From positions 1 to 55,186 of the forward strand of contig JBBIUH010000001.1 in assembly GCA_037440305.1 (NCBI GenBank): a DNA stretch of 55,186 bases, written 5' to 3'. Under the pieces are notes generated by a model. It ran no database searches and had not been told where the DNA came from. It was given only the letters and a program-made list of their open reading frames with translations. A program made the position numbers and the translations under genes. Within the stretch, counting starts at the first letter, position 1; each line of letters starts with the position of its first letter. Shown piece by piece: positions 51,395 to 55,186 of this stretch. This DNA is from Acidithiobacillus sp. (lineage in GTDB: Bacteria; Pseudomonadota; Gammaproteobacteria; Acidithiobacillales; Acidithiobacillaceae).

Positions 51395-51623
51395 ACGGGC
51401 TGCCACTTCTTCCTACGCCTCGCGGTAGGCTTCTGTATGCCTAATGGGGGCTGTCTGAATGGGCGGTTACCGGCCAGGAACGGACGTTCAGGCGCGAGAG
51501 GCGGAATTGGCCGAGAGCCGTCTGATATGGAAGTTCGATGGCCCGCATGTGCGGTCCGTGTTTATGTCCCCCATCTGCCACCGCCGATGCCCATGCGTTT
51601 CATCCATTTGACCTGCGCCGTAA

Positions 51624-52228
51624 ATAGTTCTATATAGGACTATTCAACTGAAAACCTCAACGGGAGGATAGGGATGCGTGATGGAATAACGGGGGAAGGA
51701 ACGGCACTGCTTTCCGCTGTGGTGACATCGGGGGCTGCGGCCAAGGAACCGTTTCTTGCCGTCTTGCGGGAGCTTTCCCAGACCTACCATGCGTTTTCCG
51801 CCTATTCCGCCGCCCATGTCCGGCAGATGGGCCTCACTCCTGCGCAATTTGACGTTATCGCCACGCTGGGCAATACCCCAGGGATGCCTCTGAGCCAACT
51901 CGCCCAGAAGACCCTCATCACCAAGGGGACCCTGACGGGTATCATCGACCGCCTGGAGGCCAAGGGATTCGTGCGCCGGGAGGTGCCGACCGGGGACCGT
52001 CGCAGTTTTTGCGCCGTCCTGACCCCGGCTGGCGAGGCGCTGTTTTCTCAAGTCTTTCCCGCCCATATGGACCATCTCCAGCGGGCCTTCACCGATGCGG
52101 AGGCAGGTGAAATGGAGCAGCTTCGCCGCGCGCTGCGTCAGTTGCGGGACCGGTTCCAGGGTCCTCAGCCAATATAGTTTGCATAGAGACAATTCTTGTG
52201 CTATCCATATAGTACGCATTATGACCAT
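51624..52228. promoter_or_regulatory. Three copies of ATAGT-N9-GACNAT (putative MarR operators) at 51624, 52174 and 52209
   Basis: ATAGTTCTATATAGGACTAT, ATAGTTTGCATAGAGACAAT, ATAGTACGCATTATGACCAT; near-palindromic; upstream of marR and of the CDGSH gene. Confidence 0.6.
51674..52177 (+). CDS. MarR family transcriptional regulator
   Basis: GLTPAQFDVIATL...IIDRLEAKGFVRR...DRRS...LTPAG. Confidence 0.93.
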   Translation: MRDGITGEGTALLSAVVTSGAAAKEPFLAVLRELSQTYHAFSAYSAAHVRQMGLTPAQFDVIATLGNTPGMPLSQLAQKTLITKGTLTGIIDRLEAKGFVRREVPTGDRRSFCAVLTPAGEALFSQVFPAHMDHLQRAFTDAEAGEMEQLRRALRQLRDRFQGPQPI

Positions 52229-52265
52229 CATGATGCGAATAGATTAACCTTGAATCACGGAGGTC

Positions 52266-52496
52266 ATGATGAACCCGACACCTTACGTTATGAGCCTGGA
52301 AGCAGGCAGTTACCATTTCCGCGCCTGCGGGCGCTCCGCCAACCTGCCGTTCTGCGATGGTTCGCATCAGGACAGCGGGCTGGAGCCCTATGCCGTGGAC
52401 CTGGCTGAGCCACAAAGGGTGGCGATCTGCGCCTGCCGACAATCCGCCCACCGCCATTTTTGCGATGGCACGCATAAAAGCCTTGCGGTCGAGTAA
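52266..52496 (+). CDS. Tandem CDGSH iron-sulfur domain protein (MiNT-like)
   Basis: PFCDGSH and HFCDGTH motifs; the first site reads FRACG instead of WCxCG. Confidence 0.85.
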   Translation: MMNPTPYVMSLEAGSYHFRACGRSANLPFCDGSHQDSGLEPYAVDLAEPQRVAICACRQSAHRHFCDGTHKSLAVE

Positions 52497-52528
52497 CCGT
52501 TTCCCCTCACTTTCAAAGGAGTATTGCC

Positions 52529-53173
52529 ATGTTACAGAACAAGTTTTCCACCGCACTGGGGGCCACCATCCTCTCCATCGCTTTCTCCGCCGGGATAGCG
52601 CCGTCAGCCGATGCGGCCGTCTATCACACGCTGAACGATAGCCCAGCTGGAACCTATCGGATCGACCCTGACCATTCCCTCGCCTGGTTCACCATTGGTC
52701 ATGCCGGGGTAGCGGTGGTGGTGGGGCGCTTTGACAAGATGTCCGGCACCTATACCTTCAATCCAGCCGACCCCGCGGCGGACAAGGCGGATATCCGCAT
52801 TGCCGCGGCCAGCATCGATACCAACCTCGCCCTGCGCGACCACGATTTGCGGGGACCCGATTTTTTCAACGTCAAGGAGTTCCCCGATATCACTTTCTCC
52901 AGCACGCGCTATCAACCCACCGGCAAGGATGCCGGCCTGCTGTACGGGAAGCTGACCATCCATGGCGTGACCCGGCCGGTGATTTTTCATCTGCGGGAGG
53001 TTGGCGCCGGGCCGGTGCCTGCATTGCCCAAGCCCTGGGGCGGCTATCTCTCGGGATATGAAGCCACCACCACCATCCAGCGCAGCGCTTTCGGCATGGA
53101 TGCCTATGCGGGCATGATCGCCAACACGGTGCGCCTGCACGTGAATATCGAGGGTATCCGCACGGCTGACTAA
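52529..53173 (+). CDS. YceI family periplasmic protein
   Basis: Signal peptide; YRIDPDHS, SIDT...RDHDL...DFF, GKLTIHGVT. Confidence 0.92.
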   Translation: MLQNKFSTALGATILSIAFSAGIAPSADAAVYHTLNDSPAGTYRIDPDHSLAWFTIGHAGVAVVVGRFDKMSGTYTFNPADPAADKADIRIAAASIDTNLALRDHDLRGPDFFNVKEFPDITFSSTRYQPTGKDAGLLYGKLTIHGVTRPVIFHLREVGAGPVPALPKPWGGYLSGYEATTTIQRSAFGMDAYAGMIANTVRLHVNIEGIRTAD

Positions 53174-53232
53174 AGAGCCTTCCGGGCGCCAGCCGGCGAT
53201 GGCGGCGCCCCTTCCCGTCGGGGAGTATCGTT

Positions 53233-54111
53233 ATGTGGAATCTCTGGCAATCCGGATTCGTCCGGCACTTGATTGAGGATAGCGCCCTGTTGCCCGCTGC
53301 CGTCACCACGTTGCTCGGTGTGGCAATGTACCGGGGAACCCGAAACCATTTCCGCTGGCGGACCATCCTTTGGGGACCAGTCTTGCTGGCAGGATTTTTT
53401 GGCGGCTATGCGGTGATCTACCGCGACTTTTCCTTTCCGCCGCGCACGGTACTGTCGTGGTTGCCGTGGCTGGCGGTGGCGGGCGGGGCAACGGTGGCCC
53501 TTGCTGATCGCCTTGACCGGAACTATTGGGGCTACGGGGCGCGGGGAGTGGCCGCCGGGGTTTCCTCGTTCCTTCTGCTGTGGCCGATCTTGCGGCAGGA
53601 AAGCATGTCCTCCGCTTTCTACGTCTGGCTGACGGTGACGCTTCTGTGGTCCCTTCTGTGGTTCTCCCTGACCCCCCACCGCCAGGAGCAGAAACCTGCG
53701 GGAACCACGCTGCTCGTCGGGGCCGTCGGAGTGGCGCTCGTGGCGCCCTTGTCGGGCAGCATCCTGCTGGCTCAACTGGGCGCGGCGCTGGCCGTGGTGT
53801 TGGCTATCCTCCTCCTGTTTTCCATCCTCGTCGCCGGGTCGCGTTGGCATTCACCCAGCGCTGATGTGGGAATTCTGATCCTGGGCGCTTTGCTGGTGGA
53901 CCTCCGGTTTTATGCGGGCACCTCTGTGGCCGTGATGACCTGGTTGCTCGTGTCGCTTGCGGCGGGTTCCGGGATGGCCGGAATCATTCGGCACCGGGGC
54001 ACTGTCGCCCGATGGGCAGTGGTTGCTCCCGGACTGGTCAGCCTCCTGCCGATGGCCGTGGCGGCCTGGATGGCCCTGCAAGCCTATCGGGCACGCGGCG
54101 GCGGTTATTAA
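53233..54111 (+). CDS. Polytopic membrane hypothetical protein
   Basis: 292 aa with roughly 9-10 hydrophobic segments. Confidence 0.75.
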   Translation: MWNLWQSGFVRHLIEDSALLPAAVTTLLGVAMYRGTRNHFRWRTILWGPVLLAGFFGGYAVIYRDFSFPPRTVLSWLPWLAVAGGATVALADRLDRNYWGYGARGVAAGVSSFLLLWPILRQESMSSAFYVWLTVTLLWSLLWFSLTPHRQEQKPAGTTLLVGAVGVALVAPLSGSILLAQLGAALAVVLAILLLFSILVAGSRWHSPSADVGILILGALLVDLRFYAGTSVAVMTWLLVSLAAGSGMAGIIRHRGTVARWAVVAPGLVSLLPMAVAAWMALQAYRARGGGY

Positions 54112-54139
54112 CGGGTGGATTTGAAAAAAGGAGTAAACC

Positions 54140-54400
54140 ATGCTGCACGGCATCAACCACGTACTCCTCCCAGTCCGCAAACTGGCCATCTCCGATCGCT
54201 TTTACCGGGAAATCCTGGGGCTGAAGCCTGTCGGCGAGCGGCCCGGCATGAAATTCTACACGGCCGGGTTGCACCACCACGATTTGGCCTTGCTGGAAAC
54301 CGGCAACGGCCCGCTGCTCCCGGCATCCGGTTTTGCGCATTTCTGCCTGGATGTGGGGAATGAGCGAAGCATCGGCGCGGGAGCACTGAGCGAAGCATCG
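54140..54400 (+). pseudogene. VOC/glyoxalase family gene, apparently 3'-truncated
   Basis: INHVLLPVRKL..S.RFY..ILGL, HHDLAL, HFCL; similarity is lost at a 14-bp direct repeat (54361/54387) and the second-half 'DPDG..E' motif is absent. Confidence 0.65.
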
Positions 54401-54444
54401 CCGGGGTGCCCGCCCTTGCATTGTTGCCATTTCAGCGCTGTCCT

Positions 54445-54603
54445 GTGGCGGCGTTGCTGGTCGAAGGAGACGGCTCGGCCATCCGGGTCGTCCTGGGTGA
54501 CAGGCGAGCCTTTCTGCATCGGCCTCACCCTCAGAAGGAAGCCAAGGCGTATCAGGTGAAAGCGGTCAGGGAGCTATTGGAATCAGCGGGGATCAATCCA
54601 TGA
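54445..54603 (+). pseudogene. HicA-family toxin, C-terminal fragment only
   Basis: EGDGSAIRVVLGDRRAFLHRPHPQKEAKAYQVKAVRELLESAGI; no recognisable N-terminus; stop overlaps the hicB start. Confidence 0.7.
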
Positions 54604-54938
54604 AGAATAGATTGGAACACAAAGGATATTGGGGCAGCGTGGAATATGACGCAGAGGATGACATTCTCCACGGGCGAGTTCTCAACATCCGCGATATCGT
54701 GACCTATGAAGGAAAGGCCGTTAACGAACTCAAGCAGCACTTCACCGAAGCTGTAGAGGGATACCTGCGCATGTGTTCAGAACTAAACCAAGAGCCGGAA
54801 AAGCCTGCGTCTGGACGTTTTTTGGTGCGCATACCGCCGGAACTGCATCGTGACGCACAGACCAGGGCGTTGGAAGATCACAGCAGTCTGAACGAGATTG
54901 TAACCAAGGCCCTTGCCACTTTCCTACATAGTGCCTGA
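54600..54938 (+). CDS. hicB: HicB family antitoxin
   Basis: HKGY.GSVEYD..D.ILHG.V..IRD.VTYEG...F.EAV..YL...PEKPASG.F.VRIPPELH...SLN. Confidence 0.9.
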   Translation: MKNRLEHKGYWGSVEYDAEDDILHGRVLNIRDIVTYEGKAVNELKQHFTEAVEGYLRMCSELNQEPEKPASGRFLVRIPPELHRDAQTRALEDHSSLNEIVTKALATFLHSA

Positions 54939-55186
54939 CAGGAAAAGAGAATTTTTGAAATTCTGTCGCTAGCAAATCGAACGGGATGGCCATTTGATGG
55001 AATTATAATGCCAGTTTTTTGCAATGGCGGAAGATCGTGACGCTTTTTTTGACGAATACCGTAGATTTTTGACAGCCGTTCCCCTTGGAAGTTCTGCAAT
55101 GTTTCAAAAAATATGTGGGTTAAGCCGATTTTCGGTATATACATCGCTGCTCAGCCTCCTGGGTCATCAAAACAGCTCCCAAGCGA

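Noticed and set aside
51395-51620. Intergenic stretch after nrdB with a small hairpin and a 66-aa ORF
   Set aside because: No recognisable RNA family, SD or protein motif; not supportable without a search.
54878-55144. 88-aa minus-strand ORF with an AGGAGG upstream at the window end
   Set aside because: Overlaps the hicB 3' end, has no recognisable motif and lacks context at the window edge; left uncalled.

Overview
The window has three parts. The organism is probably an Acidithiobacillus-like proteobacterium (inferred from gene order and protein character, not proven). (1) Positions 1-17733 are the right-hand part of an integrative element inserted at the 3' end of tRNA-Pro(GGG); its other end is not visible. 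The element has a lambdoid-phage-style backbone: tyrosine integrase, DUF4224 excisionase-like gene, an early operon with a ParB-like gene, a divergent cI/cro switch with shared TTGCG-N5-CGCAA operators, and an initiator gene with internal iterons followed by a DnaC-like loader. Where virion genes would be expected, the same tightly coupled operon carries a minimal Dot/Icm (type IVB / MPF-I) set: lytic transglycosylase, DotI/IcmL, DotH/IcmK, DotG/IcmE, a sigma factor, DotF/IcmG and DotE/IcmC. No secretion ATPase, coupling protein or relaxase is visible. Cargo includes a DUF6932 nucleotidyltransferase-like gene plus an unknown partner in the lambda rexAB position, an mqsRA cassette inserted antisense and in-frame inside another gene, a DUF433/DUF5615 toxin-antitoxin pair and an NDT/TIR-like protein. 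(2) Positions ~17734-51394 are core chromosome: tRNA-Pro, merR-like, ihfA, pheTS, rplT, rpmI, infC, thrS, tRNA-Val, nuoA-N, tRNA-Leu, secG, tpiA, glmM, folP, ftsH, tldD, nrdAB. (3) Positions ~51600-55186 are a small accessory block: MarR, CDGSH Fe-S protein, YceI, a membrane protein, a truncated VOC gene joined to a truncated hicA, and hicB. All family assignments come from motif recognition by eye; no database searches were run.
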